DNA of 14,255 nucleotides from Candidatus Hadarchaeota archaeon (GCA_040755315.1 JBFMBF010000028.1:1-14255); one strand, 5' to 3'; numbered from the stretch's first letter, positions 1-8,553 are shown. Notes: generated from the sequence alone by a model not told the origin. Translations and numbers: made by a program.

Positions 1-43
1 TATTCAGAATGCGGCGGCTAATTTAAATCAAACGCTCAAATGC

Positions 44-547
44 TTATTTGAGCGCCCTCATCCGCGCTAGAATGTTTTCCTGTTTTTCATCGCTCAGGCT
101 GAGAACCATCGGGAAGGCCACGGCCTCCTCAAGCGAGAAGTGCCGCTTCATAAAAGTAATCATGTTGTTTCCTAACAGTACGGAAAGGTCCCTCAATTGT
201 TTGTTTTTGCGCTTCACAGCTCCACTTATCAGTCGGTTCACCGTGGAAGATATCATAATCCAGTCGTCGTGTTCAAACTTCACCAGCGGGAAGAGGTCGT
301 TGAACGCCAGTATGTGAATGTCGCTTTTCGGCAGCTCGTCGAGTGCCGGGAACAAAAATTTGGTTTCCTTCATGAAATGGGGGCCAAACTGGTTCGCGAT
401 TTCTACCAGCTTTTCCAACGAGTCCCACACCTCATCCCCCATGTTTGGGTTCCGCAGCACATCCTCAACCGGAGCTATGTCCATCAGTATTCTCTCGTGG
501 TCGTCCAACAGAATTTTTACTATCTCGTTTGACTTCGCGTTTTTCAT
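44..547 (-). CDS. Hemerythrin-like (HHE cation-binding) domain protein, 167 aa
   Basis: Helical protein with the two-repeat H...HxxxE pattern: H17 (DDHERI), H57/E61 (HFMKETKFLFP), H93 (EHDD), H136/E140 (HFSLEEAVAFP). Confidence 0.8.
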   Translation of the reverse strand: MKNAKSNEIVKILLDDHERILMDIAPVEDVLRNPNMGDEVWDSLEKLVEIANQFGPHFMKETKFLFPALDELPKSDIHILAFNDLFPLVKFEHDDWIMISSTVNRLISGAVKRKNKQLRDLSVLLGNNMITFMKRHFSLEEAVAFPMVLSLSDEKQENILARMRALK

Positions 548-649
548 GATTACACTAATGTGAATATCTTTCTTATTAGTAAGCTTTTGGTGTCATGTCG
601 CCGTTATCACAATTTTTTAATAGCACGAGGGAGTTATTTCTTGGAGAGG

Positions 650-1261
650 ATGGAGAAAAAAGGAACAGTTTATGGCGGCTCGATTGGCATTTCCGCTGTG
701 ATCATCATTATTGTTGTCTCCATTGGTGCATCTTACATTTTAATTAACAGAGGCGCCGGACCGAGTGGAACCAGCGGCGGAACGGGAGAAACAGTGAGCC
801 TGACAGACATAACGTTGTCCGAAGCCGTTACGCGAGCCAAGAGTGACGCAACTGCCCGCGGTTACACAGACGCACAGCTGACTTACAATGTTTCTGCCGC
901 GAACTTCACGCGTGACGGCAAGGCGAGCTGGAGCATCAAGCTTTTCTCATCCAGCAGAAATGCAGAGATATCTTATGCTAGCACTGGCTTCGAGTTTGTG
1001 ATGGAAAATGCCTCTTCGATGCAACTGCTCACAAGCTTTGCAGATTCCTCCCAGATTGCGTCCAATAATCAAGAGATTTGGAGTTTTGCGGACAACCAGC
1101 AGAGCTCAACAGTTACAACCCTGATTGACACATACTTGGGCGGGATAGCTCCATATCATGGAAACAAAGCTTGGAAAATCACTGTCACATACGGGCCGCC
1201 CACCGACCGTGAAAGCACCAACTGGTGGGTTGCCATATCGACTGGCGTGAAGATTTCATGA
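650..1261 (+). CDS. Membrane-anchored/secreted protein with probable tandem PepSY-like folds, 203 aa
   Basis: ATG at 650 follows GGAGAGG. N-terminus is MEKKG plus a hydrophobic helix (ISAVIIIIVVSIGASYILI), then a G/S/T linker. ITLSEAV..AK and WKITV...WVAISTG resemble PepSY repeats. N-glycosylation sequons NVS, NFT, NAS. Confidence 0.6.
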   Translation: MEKKGTVYGGSIGISAVIIIIVVSIGASYILINRGAGPSGTSGGTGETVSLTDITLSEAVTRAKSDATARGYTDAQLTYNVSAANFTRDGKASWSIKLFSSSRNAEISYASTGFEFVMENASSMQLLTSFADSSQIASNNQEIWSFADNQQSSTVTTLIDTYLGGIAPYHGNKAWKITVTYGPPTDRESTNWWVAISTGVKIS

Positions 1262-1317
1262 GTGCTAGCTTAAACCTTGCAGACAAAATATTTTTTGTTA
1301 AACTAAAGTGATTAACT

Positions 1318-1332
1318 GAAAGAGAATTATAA
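1318..1332 (+). promoter_or_regulatory. Putative BRE-TATA promoter of moeA-mobB-moaA
   Basis: Purine run GAAAGAGAA followed by TTATAA (1327-1332), 33 nt before the ATG at 1360; no SD, consistent with a leaderless transcript. Confidence 0.5.
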
Positions 1333-1359
1333 CTGGCGGCGTTTAATTGTAATGGGAAA

Positions 1360-2604
1360 ATGCACAGGTTTCTTAAGATTGTGAGCCTGGAGGAGGCTAA
1401 AGCCGCCATCGGCAGCTATTGGCGCCCAGACCCTCGCATCGCATCGACAAGACTGGGGGATGCTGCCGGGAGGGTTCTGGCGGAAGACATAGTTTCAAAA
1501 ATCGACGTTCCTCCTTTTGACAGAGCGACCTACGACGGCCACGCCGTGAAGGCCGCGGACACTTTTGGAGCGAGCGAAAAGGCGCCGAAGCGGTTGCGGC
1601 GTTCGGGTCGGCTGAGAGCCGGGCAGTGGCCGAGGTCGAAGCTCATGAGCCGGAAATGTGTGGAAATCTCAACTGGCGCCCCGATTCCAGATGGGGCGGA
1701 CGCAGTCGTGATGTATGAAAACACCTCCGCTGAAGGCGCGCGGGTTCTGGTCAACAGGCCAGTGGCCCCAGGTGAAAACGTCCTCCGGAAAGGCTCGGAC
1801 ATCCGCGCGGGGCAGAAGGTCTTGAAAAGGGGGACGGTTCTGACGGAGGTAGAAATTGGGGCAATCGCCGCCGTTGGTGTTGCAAATGTCAAAACCTTCG
1901 CCAGACCGAGAGTCGCAATAATATCAACAGGGTCAGAACTCGTGGCGGCTGGGCGGACCCTCGGGCGCGGCAAAGTGTACGACGTGAACGGGTGGGCCAT
2001 CGCGGCGGCCGTCAGGACATGTGGTGCGGGGCCCTTTTACCTAGGGATTGTTAAAGACAGCGCCCCGGCGATTAAATCCGCAATTGACAAGGCGCTCCGT
2101 CTTTCTGAAGTTGTGATAATATCGGGCGGCACTTCAGCAGGGGCCGGGGATTTGGCCCCAAAAATAGCCGACGGCATGGGGAAGCCTGGCCTCGTTTTCC
2201 ACGGCCTCGCGATGAAGCCGGGAAAACCAGCGTTTGCCGCTGTGGTCCGCGGGAAACCTATTTTCGGACTCCCGGGCTATCCTGTTTCCGCCCTCATGGT
2301 TTTCCACCAGCTGGTAGCAGGTTACATCATGGAACTTTCCGGGCTCTCCGGGCGCGGCGGGCCAGCCATGCAGGCGAAGCTGGCGGAGAAAGTGATTCTG
2401 GCAAGGGGAAGGAGGGAGCTCATCCCCGTGAGGCTCACGGGGAAAGCCGGTGCCATGGTCGCGAAGCCCGTTCTGAAGGGCTCTGGAGCCGTGACTTCGC
2501 TGCTGCTGGCGGACGGCTACATAGACGCCGCGGCGGAAAGGGAATTTATTCCGGAGGGAGAAACTGTCAGGGTGAACCTGTTCGGAGGATGGAAAGGTGA
2601 TTAA
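1360..2604 (+). CDS. moeA: Molybdopterin molybdo/tungstotransferase MoeA (gephyrin E-like), 414 aa
   Basis: Motifs GRVLAEDI, PPFDRATYDG, ISTGAPIPDGADAVVMYE, STGSEL, SGGTSAG, MKPGKP, GLPGYPVS, GSG. Confidence 0.96.
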   Translation: MHRFLKIVSLEEAKAAIGSYWRPDPRIASTRLGDAAGRVLAEDIVSKIDVPPFDRATYDGHAVKAADTFGASEKAPKRLRRSGRLRAGQWPRSKLMSRKCVEISTGAPIPDGADAVVMYENTSAEGARVLVNRPVAPGENVLRKGSDIRAGQKVLKRGTVLTEVEIGAIAAVGVANVKTFARPRVAIISTGSELVAAGRTLGRGKVYDVNGWAIAAAVRTCGAGPFYLGIVKDSAPAIKSAIDKALRLSEVVIISGGTSAGAGDLAPKIADGMGKPGLVFHGLAMKPGKPAFAAVVRGKPIFGLPGYPVSALMVFHQLVAGYIMELSGLSGRGGPAMQAKLAEKVILARGRRELIPVRLTGKAGAMVAKPVLKGSGAVTSLLLADGYIDAAAEREFIPEGETVRVNLFGGWKGD

Positions 2605-3328
2605 GGTCATACAGGTCGTTGGAGTGCACGGCGCCGGGAAGACCATGGCTGTTGAGGTCCTTGTCAGGGAGCTGGTCCGGAGGGGCCGCCGCGTCGGGAC
2701 CGTGAAACACATCACGGAGAAGGACTTCACGATAGACCAAGCCGGAAAGGACACTTGGGTCCACGCGAGAGCCGGGGCGAGCGCTGTTGTTTCAGTCGCC
2801 CCGGGGGAAACTGCGTGGGTTCTGAAGCGTCGGGAAGAGCTGGGCGAGGTTCTGAACGAGATGAAGGATGTCGAAATCGTGGTGGTTGAGGGGTTCAGAA
2901 GCTTCAAGGGATACCCAAAAATCATTGCCGCCAGGACGGAGAAAGACGTGGAAGAGGTCGCGGACGAGTTTTCCGTGGCCGTGGTCGGGGCTTCCGGCCG
3001 AGGACTCCCGAGTTTCAGCTTGGACGATGCGGCGAAGCTGGCAGACTTCGCAGAGCTGAAGGCCCTGCCGCCGATGCCGGAACTCAACTGCAAACGTTGC
3101 GGCTACAACACCTGCGTCGAGCTTTACGCAGCTGTCCTGTCGGGGAAGGCCAAGTTAGAGAGCTGCCAGACCCTGCCCACAAAGGTAATTGTCAGGGTGG
3201 ACGGGAGGGAGCTGGCGTTGAACCCGTTCGTCCAAGAAATCGTCCAGCGCACGATCCAAGGGATGGTTTCATCTTTGAGGGGCGGCGAAGGCGGGATAAT
3301 CGAGATCAGGGTGATGAAGCGTGATTGA
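2597..3328 (+). CDS. mobB: Molybdopterin-guanine dinucleotide biosynthesis protein MobB with C-terminal 4-Cys Fe-S domain, 243 aa
   Basis: GTG start overlapping the moeA stop. P-loop GVHGAGKT, VKH, GKDT, VEGF. C-terminal NCKRCGYNTC...C (RnfB/AcsC-type FeS motif) and the LNPFVQ tail seen in archaeal MobB. Confidence 0.92.
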   Translation: MIKVIQVVGVHGAGKTMAVEVLVRELVRRGRRVGTVKHITEKDFTIDQAGKDTWVHARAGASAVVSVAPGETAWVLKRREELGEVLNEMKDVEIVVVEGFRSFKGYPKIIAARTEKDVEEVADEFSVAVVGASGRGLPSFSLDDAAKLADFAELKALPPMPELNCKRCGYNTCVELYAAVLSGKAKLESCQTLPTKVIVRVDGRELALNPFVQEIVQRTIQGMVSSLRGGEGGIIEIRVMKRD

Positions 3329-4241
3329 CAGGTTCGGGCGGCCAGTGAAGGGGCTCAGAGTTTCCATCACGGAGCGATGCAACTTCAACTGTTTCTACTG
3401 CCACAAGGAGGGTTGCCCGCCTTCGGCTTCTGAGATGACTCCTTCTGAAATTGGGAGCATCATCAGGGTTGCCGCTGATTTCGGGGTTGAAAAGGTGAAA
3501 ATAACCGGGGGTGAGCCGCTCGTCAGGGGGGACGTCGTTGATGTGGTCTCCGCGGTCTCCGTGCCGGGAATAAAGGATGTTTCTATGACGACAAACGGGG
3601 CCATGCTCGCGGATATTGCCCATGAGCTCGCGGAGGCCGGGCTTCACAGGGTAAACATAAGCTTGGACACTCTGGACCAGGCCAATTTTTCAAAAATAAC
3701 CGGCGATGGCTCTCTTTCAAGTGTTCTTGCCGGGGTGGACGCGGCGCTTGAGGCCGGATTGAACCCTGTGAAGTTGAACATGGTAGTACTCGCCGGGGTG
3801 AACGACGGCGAGGTCGAGCGTATGATAGCTTACGCCTCCGAACGCGGCGCCATCCTTCAGCTGATAGAGCTCATCGATTTGAACGGGATGGAATTCTCGA
3901 CGTACCACAAGGGGCTGAGCGGCGTGGAGCAGAAGCTGCGCTCCATGGCCGTGGGAATAAACACCCGCCGCTCGATGCAGGCTAGGAAAAAATACATCCT
4001 GCCAGCGGGGGAAGTGGAACTCGTCTGCCCAATGCACAACACTGAGTTCTGCTCCCACTGCACGAGGCTGCGCCTGACCGCCGACGGCCGCTTGAAGCCG
4101 TGCCTGATGAGGAACGACAACCTAGTGGATGTGATTTCATTTGTCAGAAAGGGGGATACAGATGGCGTGCACGAAGCTTTCCGCGAGGCTATAGCGCGCC
4201 GTGAGCCATTCTTTAAGGCTTGGACGTCGGCGCCGGTGTAA
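3321..4241 (+). CDS. moaA: GTP 3',8-cyclase MoaA (radical SAM), 306 aa
   Basis: DRFGR, LRVSIT, CNFNCFYC (CxxxCxxC), TGGEP, TTNG, RVNISLD, second cluster FCSHCTRLRLTADG..KPCL. GTG start overlaps the mobB stop. Confidence 0.97.
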   Translation: MIDRFGRPVKGLRVSITERCNFNCFYCHKEGCPPSASEMTPSEIGSIIRVAADFGVEKVKITGGEPLVRGDVVDVVSAVSVPGIKDVSMTTNGAMLADIAHELAEAGLHRVNISLDTLDQANFSKITGDGSLSSVLAGVDAALEAGLNPVKLNMVVLAGVNDGEVERMIAYASERGAILQLIELIDLNGMEFSTYHKGLSGVEQKLRSMAVGINTRRSMQARKKYILPAGEVELVCPMHNTEFCSHCTRLRLTADGRLKPCLMRNDNLVDVISFVRKGDTDGVHEAFREAIARREPFFKAWTSAPV

Positions 4242-4250
4242 AGACGCGTG

Positions 4251-4363
4251 TCAATGAGCGGTGAGGGCATAACTTTTTCCAACCATCTCAAAAGCTCAAC
4301 GTTGATGTCCTTCTCATCGCGAATCTTCACGAAATGCAAGTACACTTTCCGATTTTTTAATGA
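4251..4363 (-). pseudogene. 3' remnant of a DUF5655-like small gene
   Basis: Minus strand reads SLKNRKVYLHFVKIRDEKDINVELLRWLEK; restoring one A in a 5-A run continues SYALTAH-stop (TGA at 4253-4251). This matches the H.VKI...DID.EL..WL..AY ending of DUF5655-type proteins. An in-frame stop lies just upstream. Confidence 0.5.
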
Positions 4364-4407
4364 CTACCGCTAACCATTTAATTTTGCTGCATGAAATCAC
4401 AGTTGTC

Positions 4408-5202
4408 ATGAAATTTGCGCTGTTGTTTGCATATGACGGCTCGCGATACTTCGGCTTTGCCCGTCAGCCAGGAAAGGCGACAGTGGAAAGCGAGGTGCTT
4501 AAGGCCCTGCGCGGCTGCGGAGTGTTCAGCAGTCTAACCGAGGCGGGGTACAGGGCGGCGTCAAGGACAGACAAGGGAGTCAGCGCGACGGGACAGGTGA
4601 TATCTTTAAAAACAACATCCAAACCGGACATCTCGCTTGTAAACACTGGACTTCCGGAAGACATCTCGATTTTGGCTGCAGAGGAAGTGGAGCCCGACTT
4701 CGACGCTAGGAAGATGGCAGTGGAAAAGCGTTACAGGTATCTCTGCGATGCCCCGCCAAATTTCAGTCTCGGCACGGCACAAAAGGCGGTGAAAATGTTT
4801 TGTGGTAGGCACGACTTCTTCAACTTTTGCAAGAGGGAGCCGGGGAAGCCGACCGAAATGAAGCTCATTGTCACTATTAAATCCGGAAAGCCGCTTCGCC
4901 TCGACTTCCACGGCGATAGGTTCCTATTGCAGCAGGTCAGGAGGATTACTCAGGCCATCCTTCAGGCGGGGCGAGGGGACATCTCGCTTGAGGTAATAGA
5001 AGCAATGCTTAACAGAATGGTTGACCGTTCTCTGCAGCCAGCTCCTCCCGAAGGCCTGTTTCTTTTGGGTGTGGAATACACAGGGCTTAAGTTCAAGCCG
5101 GATGTTGAGGCAGTTGAAAGGTTTGAGTCATATCTGGGGAAGAAAGGAGCGCCTATCCACAAAGAGATGGCTGTGGCCCTGCGAGGCCTCCGACGGAGCT
5201 GA
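4408..5202 (+). CDS. truA: tRNA pseudouridine(38-40) synthase TruA, 264 aa
   Basis: AYDGSRYFGFARQP, catalytic SRTDKGVSA, RYRY, GRHDFFNF, FLLQQVRRI, APPEGLFL. Start set at ATG 4408 because TTTAAT at 4377-4382 lies 31 nt upstream. Confidence 0.95.
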   Translation: MKFALLFAYDGSRYFGFARQPGKATVESEVLKALRGCGVFSSLTEAGYRAASRTDKGVSATGQVISLKTTSKPDISLVNTGLPEDISILAAEEVEPDFDARKMAVEKRYRYLCDAPPNFSLGTAQKAVKMFCGRHDFFNFCKREPGKPTEMKLIVTIKSGKPLRLDFHGDRFLLQQVRRITQAILQAGRGDISLEVIEAMLNRMVDRSLQPAPPEGLFLLGVEYTGLKFKPDVEAVERFESYLGKKGAPIHKEMAVALRGLRRS

Positions 5203-5203
5203 G

Positions 5204-5743
5204 TTACGATTTCTTTTTAAGGGTCACGTCGAGCACGCCGTTGATGTAAGACACGTCCGCGCTTTTCGGGTCAACTTTTTCTGAAAGCTCCACTTCCTTG
5301 TAGTACTTCCGCTCAGGCGTGTCTACCGAAATCACGAGACTTTTTTCAGTTGTTTTTAGTTTTATATCCTTCTTTTCCACTCCCGGAACCTCTGCGACAA
5401 CCCTCACGACATCCTTGCCAGTTATGATGTCCACGACGGGCTCCCTTTTCTCTGTGGTTTTCGGGGCAGGCTCCCCAGGCTTAACATTGCCGAAAGTTCT
5501 GATCTTGGGGACACCATCAGGCCCTATCGTGATGGAATAGCCGTAGACCATCGGGCCGAAGCTCTTGACGATTTCTCCATCTTTTAACCTCTTTTCCTTG
5601 AAGAGCCTCTCAGGCACTGACGGCGGCATTTCCTTGAACATCTCGGAGAACTCTTTTGACATCTCTTCAAGCGCCTTGTCAAAGTCTTTCATGACGTTGC
5701 GAAACGATTTCCTGCGTCGAAACCATTCCTCAAACGGGTCCAT
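5204..5743 (-). CDS. hsp20: Archaeal small heat shock protein Hsp20, 179 aa
   Basis: GPMVYGYSITIGPDG.P.IRTFGNV, REPVVDI, VVAEVPGVEK, YYKEVEL, SYINGVLDV (alpha-crystallin domain). Start at 5743 is preferred from promoter geometry; 5758 is an alternative. Confidence 0.93.
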   Translation of the reverse strand: MDPFEEWFRRRKSFRNVMKDFDKALEEMSKEFSEMFKEMPPSVPERLFKEKRLKDGEIVKSFGPMVYGYSITIGPDGVPKIRTFGNVKPGEPAPKTTEKREPVVDIITGKDVVRVVAEVPGVEKKDIKLKTTEKSLVISVDTPERKYYKEVELSEKVDPKSADVSYINGVLDVTLKKKS

Positions 5744-5769
5744 TTTTATCACAAACATTCACGCGCAGA

Positions 5770-5780
5770 TTATTAAATAA
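5770..5780. promoter_or_regulatory. Palindromic bidirectional TATA element shared by hsp20 and the M48 gene
   Basis: TTATT-A-AATAA perfect inverted repeat centred at 5775, 32 nt from each divergent ATG (5743 and 5807). Confidence 0.6.
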
Positions 5781-5806
5781 GTTTCACCAGTTGATTTCGG
5801 ACCACC

Positions 5807-6523
5807 ATGCGGCTCGAAACTCCAAATTTCATCAAGGTGAACGGCGACCAACTGCGATACAGCGTCGAGCGGCGGAGGGTGAACCACGCGCGGCTGGAGT
5901 TCAGGGCAGACGGGCTGCTGGTTGTACTGCCAAAAGGAATGGATGAGGCGGAGTTGTTTGAAGAAAAGAAGAGATGGATCGCCAGAAAGCACAGGGAGAT
6001 AAGGGGGGTGCTGGAAAAGCTGGAAAGCATGCGAAACGGGAAAAAAGTCTTCCCAATCTTCGGAGAGATATTCGAGTTCCGTGATGGCGAGTCGCTTAAA
6101 GTCGATTTTGCAAACAAGGTTGTCGAATGCAACGCGCAGGATTCAAGGCACTGCCGTCGCCTCGAGCGCATAATGAAAAGGGAACTGCTTGTTGAACTGG
6201 AACCCGTCGTCAAGGAGTACAGCGATAAGTTCGGCGCCAAGTTCAACCGGATAACTGTGAAGAAGCTGAGGAGCAAGTGGGCAAGCTGCTCCTCAAGGGG
6301 CAACCTGAACTTCAGCCTCTGGCTTGCCTGCCTACCGCACGAGCTCATAAAATACGTGAGCTGCCACGAGGTTGCCCACCTTATTGAGATGAACCACAGC
6401 AGGAGATTCTGGGAGCTGGTCGGTAAAGAGTTCGGCAACTACAAGGAGCTGGAGAAACGCCTCTCGGAGAATTCATTTCTCGTCCGCGAGTGCATGAACT
6501 CAACCAAGATTGATTTTTTCTAA
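5807..6523 (+). CDS. M48/YgjP (DUF45, SprT-like) zinc metallopeptidase-family protein, 238 aa
   Basis: KWASCS.RGNLNFS, IKYVSCHEVAHL.EMNHSRRFW (HExxH), N-terminal LLVVLP...KKRWI. Confidence 0.9.
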   Translation: MRLETPNFIKVNGDQLRYSVERRRVNHARLEFRADGLLVVLPKGMDEAELFEEKKRWIARKHREIRGVLEKLESMRNGKKVFPIFGEIFEFRDGESLKVDFANKVVECNAQDSRHCRRLERIMKRELLVELEPVVKEYSDKFGAKFNRITVKKLRSKWASCSSRGNLNFSLWLACLPHELIKYVSCHEVAHLIEMNHSRRFWELVGKEFGNYKELEKRLSENSFLVRECMNSTKIDFF

Positions 6524-6873
6524 CTGCCAATGCTGGCCAGAAGGCTCTTCCCAAAATTCGTGAGCCGGTAAATAAGAAAATTTTCTTGTTTGCTGGAGGA
6601 GACCAGCCCGGCTTCCTTAAGGAGATTCAGATGATAAGACAGTTTTGAATATCTGACGCGGAGTAGCGAGACCAAAACACAAACGCAAAGCTCCTTGACC
6701 ATCAGTGCCCTTAAAATCCTGAGCCTTATTGGGTTAGACACGGCTTCAAGCGCCTTCAGAGTAGTTTTTGTCTCGGCGTTTACATTTGATTTTAGCCGCT
6801 CCAGTGTTTTTTTGGATATTTCATAGTCGCTTGGAAATCTGCATGGGAGTCCTCTACTCTGAGTTTTCTTCAT
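6520..6873 (-). CDS. arsR: ArsR/SmtB metalloregulator, likely As(III)-sensing, 117 aa
   Basis: SNPIRLRIL, alpha3 motif ELCVC, LSYHLNLLKEAGLV winged HTH; 9 nt downstream of acr3. Confidence 0.88.
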   Translation of the reverse strand: MKKTQSRGLPCRFPSDYEISKKTLERLKSNVNAETKTTLKALEAVSNPIRLRILRALMVKELCVCVLVSLLRVRYSKLSYHLNLLKEAGLVSSSKQENFLIYRLTNFGKSLLASIGS

Positions 6874-6882
6874 GCTGCTCCC

Positions 6883-7938
6883 TCAAGAGAAAAAGCCCCT
6901 AGTCCGCTTGCAGAGCCAGACCAAAAACAACATTATTGGAACCTCGGTCAGAACTCCTACAGTAGTAGCGAGCGCCGCCCCAGAGCCTACGCCGAAAAGT
7001 GTTGTGGCGACGGCGATTGCAACTTCAAAGTGGTTGCTGCCAGCGATTATTGCGGCTGGCGCGGCGTCTTCATAACCCAGCCGAAGAGTACGCGCAACAA
7101 AGTATGATATCGCGAAAACAAGCAGGATATTGACCAAGATTCCAACAGTGATTATTCCAATAATCACCGGAAGCTCGATAATTAACGTTCCTTGGTAGCT
7201 GAACAATATCACCAGAGTTACAAGCAGCGAGATTATGGCCATTTTGCTGAGGGCAGGCACAAATTTTTCCTTGAACCACTTCTCACCCTTTCTTTTAATG
7301 GCGTAGTCCCGCGTGTAGTGGCCTGCCAAAAGAGGGGTCCCGATATAGACAACCACTGCGAAGGCAATCGTCGCCCACGGAACAGGTATACCGGATACAC
7401 CCAGAAGGAACGTCGCCAAAGGGGCATAAAGTGCAACCATCGTCAGGGAATTTATGGCGGTCATGACCAGTGTGTGCGCCATGTTCCCCTTCGCCAGATA
7501 ACTCCACACCAGGACCATCGCTGTACAGGGAGCCACGCCAAGGAGAATCATGCCCGACTGGTACTGCTGGATCTGTCCCGCGCTCAGGAACTGCCCGAAG
7601 ACCACGCTAAGGAAAAACCACGCGAAGAATGCCATGGTAAAGGGCTTGACCAGCCAGTTCATGAAAAGCGTCAGGCCTATGGGCTTGGGTGACTTGACCG
7701 CCCGCTTTATTTCGTGGAACGGGATTTGGATCATTATCGGAAAAATCATGGCGAACAGTGCTATCGCGATGGGGATGGAGATGTTTGCGACCTGGAGCTG
7801 AGCAAGGAAAGTGGAGACCTGGGGAAATGTTTTGCCGATGACAATACCTGTTAGGATGCAGATAACTACCCAGACGGTCAGATACTTTTCCCAAATCCCC
7901 AGCTTTTTTTCTTCCAGCATTCTGCGAGGCGTGCACAT
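6883..7938 (-). CDS. acr3: Acr3 arsenite efflux transporter, 351 aa
   Basis: EKYLTVWV, NWLVKPFTM, GVAPCTAMVLVW (conserved Cys), GSNHFEVAIAVA, VGVLTEVP, about 10 hydrophobic segments. Start 7938 fits the TATA spacing; 7920 is an alternative. Confidence 0.95.
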   Translation of the reverse strand: MCTPRRMLEEKKLGIWEKYLTVWVVICILTGIVIGKTFPQVSTFLAQLQVANISIPIAIALFAMIFPIMIQIPFHEIKRAVKSPKPIGLTLFMNWLVKPFTMAFFAWFFLSVVFGQFLSAGQIQQYQSGMILLGVAPCTAMVLVWSYLAKGNMAHTLVMTAINSLTMVALYAPLATFLLGVSGIPVPWATIAFAVVVYIGTPLLAGHYTRDYAIKRKGEKWFKEKFVPALSKMAIISLLVTLVILFSYQGTLIIELPVIIGIITVGILVNILLVFAISYFVARTLRLGYEDAAPAAIIAGSNHFEVAIAVATTLFGVGSGAALATTVGVLTEVPIMLFLVWLCKRTRGFFS

Positions 7939-7939
7939 C

Positions 7940-7970
7940 TATTTCAAATTTTTTTGAACTACTATTTAAG
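7940..7970 (-). promoter_or_regulatory. acr3 promoter with candidate ArsR operator
   Basis: Minus-strand TTAAATA (7969-7963), 31 nt before the ATG. Inverted repeat TTCAAA-N4-TTTGAA (7943-7958; extends imperfectly to 7940-7961) lies between the TATA box and the start. Confidence 0.65.
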
Positions 7971-7992
7971 GCTATTTCATGAATTCGGACGC

Positions 7993-8553
7993 TCAAGCGC
8001 CACTTTTTTCCATTGTTTTCAAACACTCGGCGGGGATTCGGTCTGCGAGGTACACCTTTTCCGAAGCCTTCACGATTTTCACGCCGCGTTCTTTCGCCTT
8101 CCTGACGTCCACCACCAGCACAGCCGGTTTGGCCGTGTGCCGCCCGCCGACCTCGAGCGCATTTTCCACCTTCGCTGAAAGGTGCACCATCTTTCTGTCC
8201 ATTGGTTTCAACCCTTCGGCCAAGATCTGGGCGACCATCTCAGGGGAAGTGCAGTGGTAGAGCATGTCCACGTTGGCCTCCGGGAAGTCCAGCTTCACGT
8301 CAACAGAGTGGCCGTAGCGGGCCCTGATGAGTCTGCCCTTCAGCTCGTACCTCCCTCTCGGATCGAAGATAGCAATCTCCCGGATGTTGCTCGGCTCCAC
8401 CCAAGGCGCTTTTTCCCTGAGTATCTGCGTGAGCTTCTCCACCTCCACGAAGCCTTCAGCCGTGCGCTCGATGTCCGGGTCGTGGCGTAGGTGGTATGCC
8501 ATCAGCCTGCTCAGCCTGTCCCTCTGGATGTCGTCGATCTCCATGTTGCTCAC
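7993..8553 (-). CDS. kptA: RNA 2'-phosphotransferase KptA/Tpt1, 186 aa
   Basis: LSRLMAYHLRH, GRYE, IRARYGHS, LYHCT (usually HGT), GLKPMDRKMVHLS, VYLADRIP. GTG start overlaps the upstream TGA (GTGA); ATG 8544 is an alternative. Confidence 0.93.
   Translation of the reverse strand: MSNMEIDDIQRDRLSRLMAYHLRHDPDIERTAEGFVEVEKLTQILREKAPWVEPSNIREIAIFDPRGRYELKGRLIRARYGHSVDVKLDFPEANVDMLYHCTSPEMVAQILAEGLKPMDRKMVHLSAKVENALEVGGRHTAKPAVLVVDVRKAKERGVKIVKASEKVYLADRIPAECLKTMEKSGA

Noticed and set aside
560..649. Upstream start for the membrane protein
   Set aside because: It covers the divergent promoter region. ATG 650 has a purine-rich SD-like run and gives a sensible signal-like N-terminus.
2134..3093. 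Long antisense ORFs (319 aa here; also 11681-12808 and 5773-6438)
   Set aside because: Shadow frames opposite well-supported genes, Ser-rich and without motifs.
3857..4250. 162-aa minus-strand ORF as a real gene
   Set aside because: Only the first ~24 codons look protein-like (the DUF5655-like relic); the rest is antisense to moaA after a frameshift.
5807..6523. M48/YgjP gene as a marker of a type I restriction-modification island
   Set aside because: No hsd or other defence genes are adjacent.
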